DNA of 32,000 bases from Microcystis aeruginosa NIES-843 (GTDB lineage: Bacteria; Cyanobacteriota; Cyanobacteriia; Cyanobacteriales; Microcystaceae). Both the position numbers and the translations under genes were made by a program. Below, in pieces: positions 17,695 to 26,735 of this stretch. Positions within the stretch are counted from its first letter, which is position 1, and each line of letters begins with the position of its first letter. The notes under the pieces are model-generated. The model saw only the letters and a list, made by a program, of their open reading frames with translations. It ran no database searches and was not told the DNA's origin. Location of the stretch: the NCBI RefSeq assembly GCF_000010625.1, contig NC_010296.1:4890001-4922000 (forward strand), written 5' to 3'.

Positions 17695-17756
17695 AAGCCT
17701 AAGAACCGAGAATCCCCCGCTACACCGGGCGAGCGGTTAGCGGGGGAGAGTCAAAA
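17560..17756 (+). ncRNA. Candidate omega-RNA (reRNA) scaffold of E1
   Basis: By analogy to known TnpB systems, the scaffold would overlap the tnpB 3' end and the right end. It ends in gaatCCCCCGCTAcaccgggcgagcggtTAGCGGGGGagagtcaaaa. The 5' limit is a guess. Confidence 0.4.
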
Positions 17757-17790
17757 TCGAGTGTCGAATTTGAGTAGGAGACGGGATAAA

Positions 17791-19032
17791 ATGGCCGATT
17801 GGCAGGAAATAGAGGGGGGGATCACGGCCCCAAAAGGATTTAAATCCGCAGGGATGGCCGCGGGGCTAAAACCGTCCGGTTTGCCCGATTTAGCCCTAAT
17901 TGTCTCGGAAACAGAAGCGATCGCCGCCGGAGTCTTTACCACCAGTCAAGTGCGGGCCGCTTGCGTCGATTATTGCCGTCAACGCCTACAAACTAAAGCC
18001 AGCGCCAGGGCGATTTTGTGTAATGCCGGCCAAGCAAACGCCGCCACGGGGGCAGCTGGATGGCAAGATGCCCTCGATAGTGCCGCCGCCTTGAGCCAAG
18101 TTTTAGGGATTCCCGCCGATGCAATTTTGCTGGCTTCTACAGGAGTCATCGGGCAACGGATTCGCATGGATGCGTTAACCGCCGCTTTACCGACCTTAGT
18201 GGGTTTATTGTCGGAAAATGGTGGCGAAAGCACGGCCCGGGCGATTATGACCACGGATCTAGTCCCCAAATCGATCGCCTTGCAAACCACTATCGAGGGT
18301 CGTCCGGTCACAATTGGGGGAATTGCCAAGGGATCGGGGATGATTCACCCGAATATGGCGACGATGCTCTCCTTTATTACCTGTGATGCCGCAGTATCGA
18401 CGGTTCTCTGGCAAAATATGTTAAGTCGGGCGGCCAATAAAAGTTTTAATCAGATCACGGTGGATGGGGACACCAGTACCAATGACAGTCTGATCGCCTT
18501 GGCTAACGGTCAATCGCGCACCACAGCCATCACAGAAATGGGCCGGGATGCCCAAAAGTTAGAGGCCATGTTAACGGAAGTTTGTCAATACTTGGCGAAA
18601 GCGATCGCCCGGGATGGCGAAGGGGCCACCTGTTTAATGGAAGTGCGGGTTTCGGGGGCGGCCGATGATCAGTCCGCTCGTCAGATTGCTCGCACCATTG
18701 CCGGTTCTTCCTTGGTAAAATCGGCGGTTTTCGGTCGAGATCCTAACTGGGGACGAATTGCGGCGGCCGCGGGCCGGGCCGGGATAGTCTTCCATCAAGA
18801 GGATCTGCAAATTAAGTTAGGCGACTTCGTGATGATGGAAAATGGCCAACCTCTGGCGTTCGATCGAGCTAGTGCCAGTAATTACCTGAAAGCGGCAGCA
18901 AGCGGGGCTTATTTACGAGAAGATACCGTTTTAATGTCTATCTGTATCGGTAACGGTTCGGGAACAGGTACGGCCTGGGGTTGCGATCTTAGTTACGATT
19001 ACGTCAAAATTAACGCCGAGTACACTACCTAA
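17791..19032 (+). CDS. argJ: Bifunctional ornithine acetyltransferase / N-acetylglutamate synthase
   Basis: MADWQEIEGGITAPKGFKSAG at the N-terminus, and the autoprocessing site KGSGMIHPNMATMLSFITCDA. The start is ATG 17791 (taggagacggg upstream), within ORF 17761-19032. Confidence 0.93.
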   Translation: MADWQEIEGGITAPKGFKSAGMAAGLKPSGLPDLALIVSETEAIAAGVFTTSQVRAACVDYCRQRLQTKASARAILCNAGQANAATGAAGWQDALDSAAALSQVLGIPADAILLASTGVIGQRIRMDALTAALPTLVGLLSENGGESTARAIMTTDLVPKSIALQTTIEGRPVTIGGIAKGSGMIHPNMATMLSFITCDAAVSTVLWQNMLSRAANKSFNQITVDGDTSTNDSLIALANGQSRTTAITEMGRDAQKLEAMLTEVCQYLAKAIARDGEGATCLMEVRVSGAADDQSARQIARTIAGSSLVKSAVFGRDPNWGRIAAAAGRAGIVFHQEDLQIKLGDFVMMENGQPLAFDRASASNYLKAAASGAYLREDTVLMSICIGNGSGTGTAWGCDLSYDYVKINAEYTT

Positions 19033-19185
19033 AGCGATCGATCGGTTCTGTAAACAGGCTCTCTTGTCTTTGCTGGATTGTATCGCAACAGCTTGACCAA
19101 AGGTTGACGGCAGCATCTAGTCTATACTGGCAATCTCGACGATCAATCCTGTTGATCACACACCATCCAAGAGAGCCGATTACCC

Positions 19186-19368
19186 TTAATTAATCTTTTC
19201 AATCACCGCTTGTCCTAGTTGAATCAACTCAAAACCGATAAAAAGGCTTAAAATCACGGTGACAGCCTGATTAAGTAGGGGTATATTGCCTTTGCCTAGA
19301 ACAGAAGCGACGAATTTGACCACAACTAAAACGAGAGCGCTAACAACGGCGATTTTGACGGCTATCAT
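19186..19368 (-). CDS. Hypothetical small membrane protein (2 predicted TM helices)
   Basis: A 60-aa ORF, MIAVKIAVVSALVLVVVKFVASVLGKG...VILSLFIGFELIQLG, with GAGGA about 11 nt upstream of the ATG. I recognise no homology. Confidence 0.35.
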   Translation of the reverse strand: MIAVKIAVVSALVLVVVKFVASVLGKGNIPLLNQAVTVILSLFIGFELIQLGQAVIEKIN

Positions 19369-19444
19369 AGATTAATTTTTCCTCACGGTTAACCAAAGTA
19401 TACTATGTTCCTGACGGGGTGACAAGCAGATTGAAAGTGAGACA

Positions 19445-19475
19445 GGGTGTGGGGTGTGGGGGGTAGGGTGTAGGG
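19445..19475. repeat. G4-tract array (GGGTGTG type, G-rich on + strand)
   Basis: Reads gggtgtggggtgtggggggtagggtgtaggg. Confidence 0.85.
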
Positions 19476-19667
19476 AGCAACAATCCATAACTGGGTTTTT
19501 AAAGTTCGATTTGTCTCGTTCCAAGGTAGAACCTCCGCAAATGCGTTCCAAGGGTTTCCCATAAAACGATTTAGTATCATTCCCAAGTATGAGAAAGCTG
19601 CCCAATGCCCAGGTTTTTGTTAAGAATTGTAAAATGTAGTTAGATTTATTTACTCAGAAGGGGATTT

Positions 19668-21209
19668 ATGTCTAACCAAGAGTCGATTTTTCCGTTCCCT
19701 CAAAAACCAGTGTATTCCTCCGTATTCAAGTCGATTTTAGCGATAATATCAGTTATCTTAATTATGTTAGCAGTGATCGGCGGGCTAATGATGGTCAGTT
19801 TATCATTATCTTGGCCAGAACACAATATTTAGCGATTAATCCTTGGCTTAGTAGAAGATTTTTTTAATCCATTTGCTTGGATTAAAGTTCCCACGGTTGC
19901 TCATAGCTATCAATTATTATTACCCACAGTTATCCTGCTAATTTTTACGCAGTTAATCATTTTATTTTCTCCGCGTCCGCAAGTTTGGTCAAGATTAGTC
20001 ATTATTTCTATCACTCTCGCTATCACCCTGCGCTATCTAGTTTGGAGAATTCTGGCCACCTTAAATCTTTCTACTCCTCTCAATACCTTTTTTAGTTTAC
20101 TGCTTTTAGGCATTGAGATGATAGTTTTAAGTGGTAGCATAATTCAGTTAGTTTTAGTCTTAACCACAAAAGATAGACGCAAAGAAGCTGATTTTTATAG
20201 CCAAGCAGTGATCAATAAACAATATTTGCCCACGGTAGATATCCTGATTCCCACCTATAATGAGCCAGCCTTCATACTCAAAAGAACTATTATTGGTTGT
20301 CAAGCCCTTAATTATCCTCATAAAAATATTTATATTCTCGATGATACCCAGAGAGCAGAAATTCATCAATTGGCAGAAAAATTAAATTGTCATTATCTAA
20401 CTCGTGAGGATAGAAAAAACGCTAAAGCAGGCAATTTAAACCATGCTCTCAGACAAACACAAGGGGAATTAGTGGTAGTTTTTGACGCAGATTTTATCCC
20501 TTGTCGTAACTTTTTAGAAAGAACTGTTGGCTGGTTTCAAAACCCTAAAATTGCCCTAGTGCAAACTCCCCAAAGCTTTTATAATGCTGATCCTATCGCC
20601 CATAACTTAGGTTTAGAAAATATCGTTACTCCCGACGAAGAATTATTTTATCGTCATATCCAACCAGCTAAAGATGGGGTGGGTAGTCCTGTCTGTGCTG
20701 GCACTTCTTTTATTGTCAGAAGAAAAGCATTAGACGAAGTGGACTACTTCAATACAGAATCTATTAGTGAAGACTATTTCACGGGAATTGCTATCTCTGC
20801 CAAAGGTTATGAAGTTATTTAGGGTTTGCGGCAAAAACTTTTTCAGCAGACCCTAATTAGACAGGGCAATCTGAAAAAACTTTCAGAAATAGGGGCAGAA
20901 ATTCACCTGAGGGAACCCATCTACTCAGAAAAATTACTCCTAGATATTTTAGGCGAAGATTTGTGCCTATCGTCTCATCTAGTCAATCTAGAAAAACGAG
21001 GAAAAATCTGGCAAGCAACCCTTAAATTCCAGCCACTTAGCCTATCAGACCAGAGAAAACTAATTACTTTTTTATTCTGTCTTCCCCAGCGCTGGGATCT
21101 GAAAAATACGGCAGGAGAATTACAATCCCTTTGGTTGTTAATTATCAGCTTTTTTCGGGGGATAGGCTTGATTTGTCGGGCAATTCTGAATCGAAAAACA
21201 GCCCTTTAG
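19668..21209 (+). pseudogene. bcsA: Cellulose synthase catalytic subunit-like GT2/PilZ gene, disrupted (nonsense codon plus internal deletion at a mini-MITE)
   Basis: ATG 19668 is in frame with ORF 20118-20822 (450 nt apart), interrupted by a single TAG at 19830-19832. The GT2 domain is present (DILIPTYNEP, ILDDT, VFDADF, QTPQSF) but stops at GYEVI, where the MITE begins. The QxxRW region and C-terminal TM helices are missing. ORF 20826-21209 retains a PilZ-like tail (KLSEIGAEIHL...ATLKFQPLSLSDQRKLITFLFC). Confidence 0.75.
20820..20855. mobile_element. 36-bp mini-MITE / solo-termini palindrome of the TAGGGTYTGC family
   Basis: Sequence tagggtttgcggcaaaaac tttttcagcagacccta is the left and right termini of the family joined directly. 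Its first 3 nt form the stop codon of ORF 20118-20822. Confidence 0.6.
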
Positions 21210-21407
21210 TTCAGTCAAAAATCGAAAATACTTATCGAAAAATTAATGACTGATTATCGTATCAACTGGCTTTTGTCTGTGATTTTACTCACATGGCTAT
21301 TCCTGTATTATCACAGTTGTCACTTGACCAAAACTTGACAGTATTATAGTAAGAGTAACCATTCTTAGATGGACTGGCTTATGAACAATCGTTTATGTCT
21401 TCACCTG

Positions 21408-22814
21408 ATGGCTAATAAGGAAAAAGGGTTTGCCTTGCCTCTTGCCGTGTTAATTGGACTTATCCTGATGGTGACAGGAATGACTATGATCATGCGCGCC
21501 CAAGGGGACCAATCGAAAGTAATTGCCCAAAAAGCCCGGGCTGATAGTTTAACAAGTTCCGAAGTGGGGCTGGCTCGCGTGCAGGATCTACTCAATAGTG
21601 TTCGAGTTATGGCGACGGTTGACAGGAATTGTCCTCCTGGTGGCGATTGTTGGCAGAACGCCGAAGTGGTTACTAATCCCAGTACCAATTTACAAAGACA
21701 TTTAAAAAAATTAGTCGACGCCGCCCCCTCCTGTAGTAATCCCAACGATGCTGCTACCTTGAAGGCAAAAATCCCTGAATTAAAAGATTTGAGCGAAGAT
21801 AAATGGGTTGATCTCGGTAATAATCGTTATTATCGCGTGGTTGGATATGATTATAATCCTGTGTCCGGGCAGGGAGTTCTCACCCTCGAAGGACTTTCCC
21901 GCAAAAGTGCCGCAATAGACCTAACTAACATTGCTATCAATAGAGATAGTGACGACAATGCCGCCTCCCGTAACCGTGTGGTGGTAACTATCCCTATTCT
22001 TGATGCCCCTCCCCTCGCATTTAACCGCACCACGGTCCCAGCTTTATGGATAAGTGAGGGAACGGCGGACGGTGATGCTAAATTTGAAGGGGATGTGGTG
22101 GAGGTTGTGGCGAGGCCAGAATGTGATAACAGACAAGATAAGATTAAACAGCCCACACCCGCACCCAGTCGCGACTACGAAGCACAATTTGTCGGTGTGT
22201 TTTTCCCCAATTTACCGCCGATTCCCACCGGCCTTCCCCCTGGTCAGAACATTCCGCTACTTAATACTTCTCAAACTTTTCCCAGACCGGGAGACACACC
22301 CACTACCCGCACGATTAACGGTCAAAGCGTACAAGTGTACGAGTATATCGTTAATAAAATCAACTTGAGTGTTGGCGATAAGATTACCATTACTCGGGGG
22401 CAACGGGTAGTTTTCTATGTTAGAGGTAATATTCAAGGTGCCATCGAACACAATTGTGCTGGTGAGTCTGACTGTAAACCGGGCAATCTACAAATTTATG
22501 CCGATAATGGATCAGGTTCCCCCAATCCGCAAATTTGTCTGACAGGAAACCAAATACTACAAGCGTTTATCTTTGCTCCTGACTATTCCCTCGGTAACAC
22601 TGGTGATCGTAATTTCTTCGGTGCTGCCTGGGGTAAAAATTGGGGCAAAATTACAGACTGTGCCTCAAATAGCGGTGCTGTAGCTGTTACTCAAATGGTA
22701 GAATGGACTGACTTAATCCAAGACCTGAAACCCCAATTTCCCCGACTTGGTAAGATTGCCAATTGGTGTGAGGAACCCATCGATACCGATCCGACTGTCT
22801 CTATGTGTGATTAA
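21408..22814 (+). CDS. PilX-like minor pilin / pseudopilin-type exported protein
   Basis: Prepilin-like N-terminus MANKEKG|FALPLAVLIGLILMVTGMTMIM, then QKARADSLTSSEVGLARVQDLLN (PilX_N-like). The C-terminal part is Cys-rich and beta-rich. The start is probably ATG 21408, inside ORF 21369-22814. Confidence 0.6.
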   Translation: MANKEKGFALPLAVLIGLILMVTGMTMIMRAQGDQSKVIAQKARADSLTSSEVGLARVQDLLNSVRVMATVDRNCPPGGDCWQNAEVVTNPSTNLQRHLKKLVDAAPSCSNPNDAATLKAKIPELKDLSEDKWVDLGNNRYYRVVGYDYNPVSGQGVLTLEGLSRKSAAIDLTNIAINRDSDDNAASRNRVVVTIPILDAPPLAFNRTTVPALWISEGTADGDAKFEGDVVEVVARPECDNRQDKIKQPTPAPSRDYEAQFVGVFFPNLPPIPTGLPPGQNIPLLNTSQTFPRPGDTPTTRTINGQSVQVYEYIVNKINLSVGDKITITRGQRVVFYVRGNIQGAIEHNCAGESDCKPGNLQIYADNGSGSPNPQICLTGNQILQAFIFAPDYSLGNTGDRNFFGAAWGKNWGKITDCASNSGAVAVTQMVEWTDLIQDLKPQFPRLGKIANWCEEPIDTDPTVSMCD

Positions 22815-22854
22815 TTTCCCGACTGCCTCACCCTCTCCCAGTCCCTAAAAAAGT

Positions 22855-23601
22855 TTAACTTATCGGGTCGATAAGCGGGGTTGAGGATTTCGGTTCAGGA
22901 CAGGTTTTATTGGTGAAATCACAGCGATAAATTGCCGGTTTTTGCCAACTGAGGGGAATTTCCAGCAAATCCCTGGAACCGTTCATGGCTTGTCCCAGAA
23001 AGAGAGCCAGAGCAATACAATTGAGAATTGTATGGGCGATGCGCCAACGATGGGAACGGTCTTTATAGATATCTTCGACAATTGCCAGAGAGAAAATCAT
23101 CAGTAATGATGCCGCCATGCCGATATAGTAGTGAGACCAGTACCATTGGTCAGAGAGTCGCCAGACCCCATCCTGAGAACCGATAATAATTAAACCCATG
23201 CCAGTCAAGGTGGCAAAAATTCCGCGCCAGAGAGCTTGTCTAGCGCGGTAGAGACAGACCAAAGAGGCAATGGTGACAAAAAACATCAAAATCACAAAAA
23301 TGACCTGAAAGGAGTCTAATTTTCCATCTTTTTGTTGATCGACAAAACCATTAAAACCGTAAACGACCGAGTAAGCTAGTGCTAAAAGGTTAACCCCTAC
23401 CACTGTACCCGTTAACCAGAGGCCTCAGCGTAGATGTTCTGGCCCGACCACTGGGGGAATTTTACTTTTATTTCCCGCATTGGTTTCTAGGCGACGTTGA
23501 CGGGTTTGCCAAGCAAAGTTAACTACGAGGCCGATCATAGGGAAAACGACCACTATCCCTAGGACAGGATGAATGAGAGCCAGAAAATCGACGAATTGCA
23601 T
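22855..23601 (-). pseudogene. DUF4079-family membrane protein with an in-frame TGA
   Basis: My translation from ATG 23601 gives MQFVDFLALIHPVLGIVVVFPMIGLVVNFAWQTRQRRLETNAGNKSKIPPVVGPEHLR. A TGA at 23427-23425 follows, then GLWLTGTVVGVNLL continues in frame into ORF 22855-23403. Confidence 0.65.
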
Positions 23602-23770
23602 ATAAATATCCCGAAAATCGTCAGCAGAAAATCTTCAATAGTTGACAAGCTATAGCCTTGTTTTTTTTAGCTTATCGCAGATATCAGGAGGCAAAAGGCA
23701 CTCATGCAAAAGGCAAAAGGCAGGAGATAGGGTGATAGGGTTTTGGGGTGATAGGGTGATGAGACAGCTT

Positions 23771-23945
23771 CCCCACTTCCCCACTTCCCCACACCCCACA
23801 CCCCACACCCCACACCCCACTTCCCCACTTCCCCACACCCCACACCCCACACCCCACTTCCCCACTTCCCCACACCCCACTTCCCCACACCCCACACCCC
23901 ACTACCCCACACCCCACACCCCACACCCCACACCCCCACTTCCCA
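23771..23945. repeat. 175-bp mosaic C4-tract array (CCCCACTT octamers and CCCCACA heptamers)
   Basis: More than 20 consecutive C4 tracts, read directly. It is the source of four overlapping artefactual ORFs on both strands. It lies 70 nt upstream of murE. Confidence 0.95.
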
Positions 23946-24014
23946 TTTCGGCCTAGGAACCTCTTTGATAATCGGCTAATCTAAAAGCAGCAATCCCTAG
24001 ATTCAATCCTGACT

Positions 24015-25508
24015 ATGAAACTACAAGAGCTTTTAACAACTATCCCTCTGGTTTCCCCGATTTCTTCTCCTATCGCTTTAGAAACCGAGATTACAGGAAT
24101 TTCCACCAATTCCCATGCTTGTCAACCGGGAGATTTATTTATCGGTTTACCCGGTACTCGCGTCGATGGGGGCGAATTTTGGCGTTCCGCTTTGGAAACC
24201 GGGGCCGTAGCGGCGATTATCTCCCCGGCAGCCGCAGCTAAATTTCCCCCCCCGGAGGATGCTTCGGTAATGGTTGTGGCAGATTTAGTTACTGCCGCTG
24301 CTGCGATCGCTGCTAAATTCTATCATTATCCTGCCCAAACCCTAAAATTAATCGGTGTGACGGGAACCAACGGCAAAACCACCACCACCCATTTAATTGA
24401 ATATTTTCTCAGCCAAGCAGGGATTCCCACCGCGTTATTCGGGACTCTTTACACCCGTTGGCAAGGATTCCAAGAAACCGCTAATCATACCACCCCTTTC
24501 GCTAACGAGTTACAAGCTAGTTTAGCCAAAGCGGTGAGCGCCGGCAATGAAATCGCCGTCATGGAAGTTAGTTCCCATGCACTGGCCCAGGGACGGGTAC
24601 AGGGTTGTACTTTTCCCGTGACGGTGTTTACCAATCTCACCAGAGACCATCTCGATTATCACCTCGATATGGAAGATTATTTTGCCGCTAAAGCTAAATT
24701 ATTTAGTCCCGATTATCTGCAAGGTAAGGCGATTATTAACCTTGATGATGCCTACGGTCAACGTTTAGCGGCCTCCCTCTCTCCTCAACAGGTTTTAACC
24801 TATAGTGTGTGCGATGCTCGTGCCGATTTTTATACTAAAGATTTACACTATCAACCCACGGGAGTTCAAGGGGTGATGGTGACTCCCCAAGGGGAAATAG
24901 CCTTTGCTTCTCCTCTGGTGGGTCAATATAATCTGGCTAATCTCTTAGCGGCGGTGGCAGCAGTGTTAGAATGTGGTGTAGATTTAGGGAAAGTAATCGG
25001 TCAAATTCCCCAGTTTTCAGGAGTACCGGGGCGGATGGAACGGGTTAGCATCGCTCCCGACCAAGATATCAGCGTCATTGTTGATTATGCCCATACTCCC
25101 GACAGTTTAGAGAATGTTTTAAAAGCTTCCCGGCCCTTTATTTCTGGTCGGATGATTTGTGTTTTTGGTTGTGGCGGCGATCGAGATCGGACAAAACGGC
25201 CGTTAATGGGTAAAATAGCGGCAGAATTAGCAGATTTAGCCATAGTTACCTCCGATAATCCCCGCACAGAGTCTCCCGAACGAATCCTTCAGGATATCGT
25301 CGCTGGCATTCCCTCAGAAATTACTGTTCAGGTAATTAGCGATCGCGCTTTGGCCATTGACACCGCTATTCAAGCAGCGCAACCGGGAGACGGAGTAATT
25401 ATTGCCGGTAAAGGTCACGAAGATTATCAAATTTTGGGGACGGAAAAAATCCATTTCGATGACCGCGAACAGGCCCGGGCCGCTTTGATAAAAGTGAAAA
25501 AGTGTTGA
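24015..25508 (+). CDS. murE: UDP-N-acetylmuramoyl-L-alanyl-D-glutamate--2,6-diaminopimelate ligase
   Basis: P-loop GVTGTNGKTTT, the DNPR motif (TSDNPRTE) and Mur-ligase middle and C-terminal domains. The final codon and stop lie in the right end of IS element E2. Confidence 0.95.
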   Translation: MKLQELLTTIPLVSPISSPIALETEITGISTNSHACQPGDLFIGLPGTRVDGGEFWRSALETGAVAAIISPAAAAKFPPPEDASVMVVADLVTAAAAIAAKFYHYPAQTLKLIGVTGTNGKTTTTHLIEYFLSQAGIPTALFGTLYTRWQGFQETANHTTPFANELQASLAKAVSAGNEIAVMEVSSHALAQGRVQGCTFPVTVFTNLTRDHLDYHLDMEDYFAAKAKLFSPDYLQGKAIINLDDAYGQRLAASLSPQQVLTYSVCDARADFYTKDLHYQPTGVQGVMVTPQGEIAFASPLVGQYNLANLLAAVAAVLECGVDLGKVIGQIPQFSGVPGRMERVSIAPDQDISVIVDYAHTPDSLENVLKASRPFISGRMICVFGCGGDRDRTKRPLMGKIAAELADLAIVTSDNPRTESPERILQDIVAGIPSEITVQVISDRALAIDTAIQAAQPGDGVIIAGKGHEDYQILGTEKIHFDDREQARAALIKVKKC

Positions 25509-25700
25509 CATCCTCGCCGCCGTAAAACGGACGGCGATTCCCAAACCTCACGATTTGGGTTTCTGCTTCTTTCCCGAAGGATTTTTCGCACCTGCCTTAA
25601 CAGATTTACTCTGTTCTGGTCTTATGGTCGCTCTACAGACTGACACCGCAAGCCCTGCGGCCAAAATGTTTTTACTAGCGTTAATATCTCGGTCATGGTG
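25504..25700 (-). ncRNA. Candidate omega-RNA scaffold of E2
   Basis: The tnpB 3' end plus the right end, ending in hairpin plus gaggatgtcaac. The 5' limit is a guess. Confidence 0.4.
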
Positions 25701-26735
25701 CGTCCCACAGTCTGGACAGTCCCACTCTCGAACATTTAACGGCATTTTCTCAGCAATATACCCGCAATTACTACATCTTTTAGAGCTAGGAAACCATCTA
25801 TCTATTTCGATGTAGTTTCTCCCATACCAACGGCATTTATAGGCTAATTGTCGAGTGATTTCTCCCCAGCTTACATCAGATATTGCCTGAGATAATTTCG
25901 GGTTTTTGACCATATTCTTGACGGCTAAATTCTCAACCACAATCGTTTGGTTTTCACGAACTAATTGAGTGGTTAGCTTGTGTAAATGGTCTTTTCTACT
26001 ATCGGTGATTTGAGCGTGAATCTTGGCTACTTTGATTCTTGCTTTTTCCCGATTTTTTGAGCCTTTCTGTTTTCGAGAAAGACTTTTTGGGTCCTTTCGC
26101 AGTCTCCGATAATGCTTTTTAAAGTGCTTAGGATTAGATACTTTATCGCCATCGCTGGTAATTACTAGGCTACTAATTCCTAAGTCAATTCCGATGGCTT
26201 TATCGGTTGGGGGTAATGGCTGGATTGTTGGGTCATCAAATCTTATTGAAATATGCCAACGTCCAGAAGGATGTAATCTGACTGTTACTGTGCTTGGTTC
26301 ACAGCTTTCTGGTATTTGTCTTGACCATCGAATAGGTAAGGGTTCTGTGCATTTAGCTAAATAGATTTGTTTGTCTTTGAATTTAAAAGCAGATTTGGTA
26401 AATTCGGCACTTCCTCCTTGATGTTTTTTCTTAAAGTTAGGATACTTAGTACGACCAGCAAAGAAATTAGTAAAAGCTGTTTGTAAATGTCTTAACCCTT
26501 GTTGTAAAGGAACACAGCTTACTTCATTGAGAAACTCTAATTCTTCTTGCTTTTTCCAATCGGTTAGCATTGAAGAAGTTTGAGCATATCCTACTCTTTC
26601 TTGCTTTTCGTACCAAGCTTGTGTTCGTTCGTGGAGAGCTTTGTTGTAAACTAATCTTACACAGCCCAATGTGCGCCGCAATAGCGACTCTTGTGTTGGT
26701 GTGGGGTAAAATCGAAACGAATAGGCTTTTTCCAT
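25548..26735 (-). CDS. tnpB: TnpB (IS605 OrfB) RNA-guided nuclease family protein, E2
   Basis: RuvC contexts AIGIDLGISS, IVVENLAV and DRDINASKNI. Zinc finger CSNCG...CPDCG. Confidence 0.9.
   Translation of the reverse strand: MEKAYSFRFYPTPTQESLLRRTLGCVRLVYNKALHERTQAWYEKQERVGYAQTSSMLTDWKKQEELEFLNEVSCVPLQQGLRHLQTAFTNFFAGRTKYPNFKKKHQGGSAEFTKSAFKFKDKQIYLAKCTEPLPIRWSRQIPESCEPSTVTVRLHPSGRWHISIRFDDPTIQPLPPTDKAIGIDLGISSLVITSDGDKVSNPKHFKKHYRRLRKDPKSLSRKQKGSKNREKARIKVAKIHAQITDSRKDHLHKLTTQLVRENQTIVVENLAVKNMVKNPKLSQAISDVSWGEITRQLAYKCRWYGRNYIEIDRWFPSSKRCSNCGYIAEKMPLNVREWDCPDCGTHHDRDINASKNILAAGLAVSVCRATIRPEQSKSVKAGAKNPSGKKQKPKS

Larger units (their letters stand above)
15904..17756 (+). mobile_element. 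IS200/IS605-family element E1 (divergent tnpA pseudogene and tnpB)
   Basis: A left-end hairpin, a Y1-transposase remnant, an intact tnpB and a right-end hairpin plus GTCAAAA are all present. TTGAC (15899-15903) directly precedes the proposed left end. The boundaries are inferred, not proven. Confidence 0.7.

Noticed and set aside
21246-21338. 30-codon ORF MTDYRINWLLSVILLTWLFLYYHSCHLTKT between the bcsA remnant and the PilX-like gene
   Set aside because: It has a single hydrophobic stretch but no SD, no recognisable family and a very short length. This is insufficient support.
23425-23427. TGA in the DUF4079 gene as selenocysteine or programmed recoding
   Set aside because: I saw no SECIS-like hairpin immediately downstream, and this family is not known as a selenoprotein. 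A nonsense mutation or sequencing error is more parsimonious.
23771-23945. Possible CRISPR array
   Set aside because: The units are 7-8 nt with no unique spacers, and no cas genes are present. This is a micro/minisatellite, not CRISPR.
23642-23956. Four overlapping ORFs (74-104 aa) on both strands with PHTPHP / WGVGCG repeats
   Set aside because: All arise from reading the 175-bp C4/G4 array in different frames. They are not credible genes.
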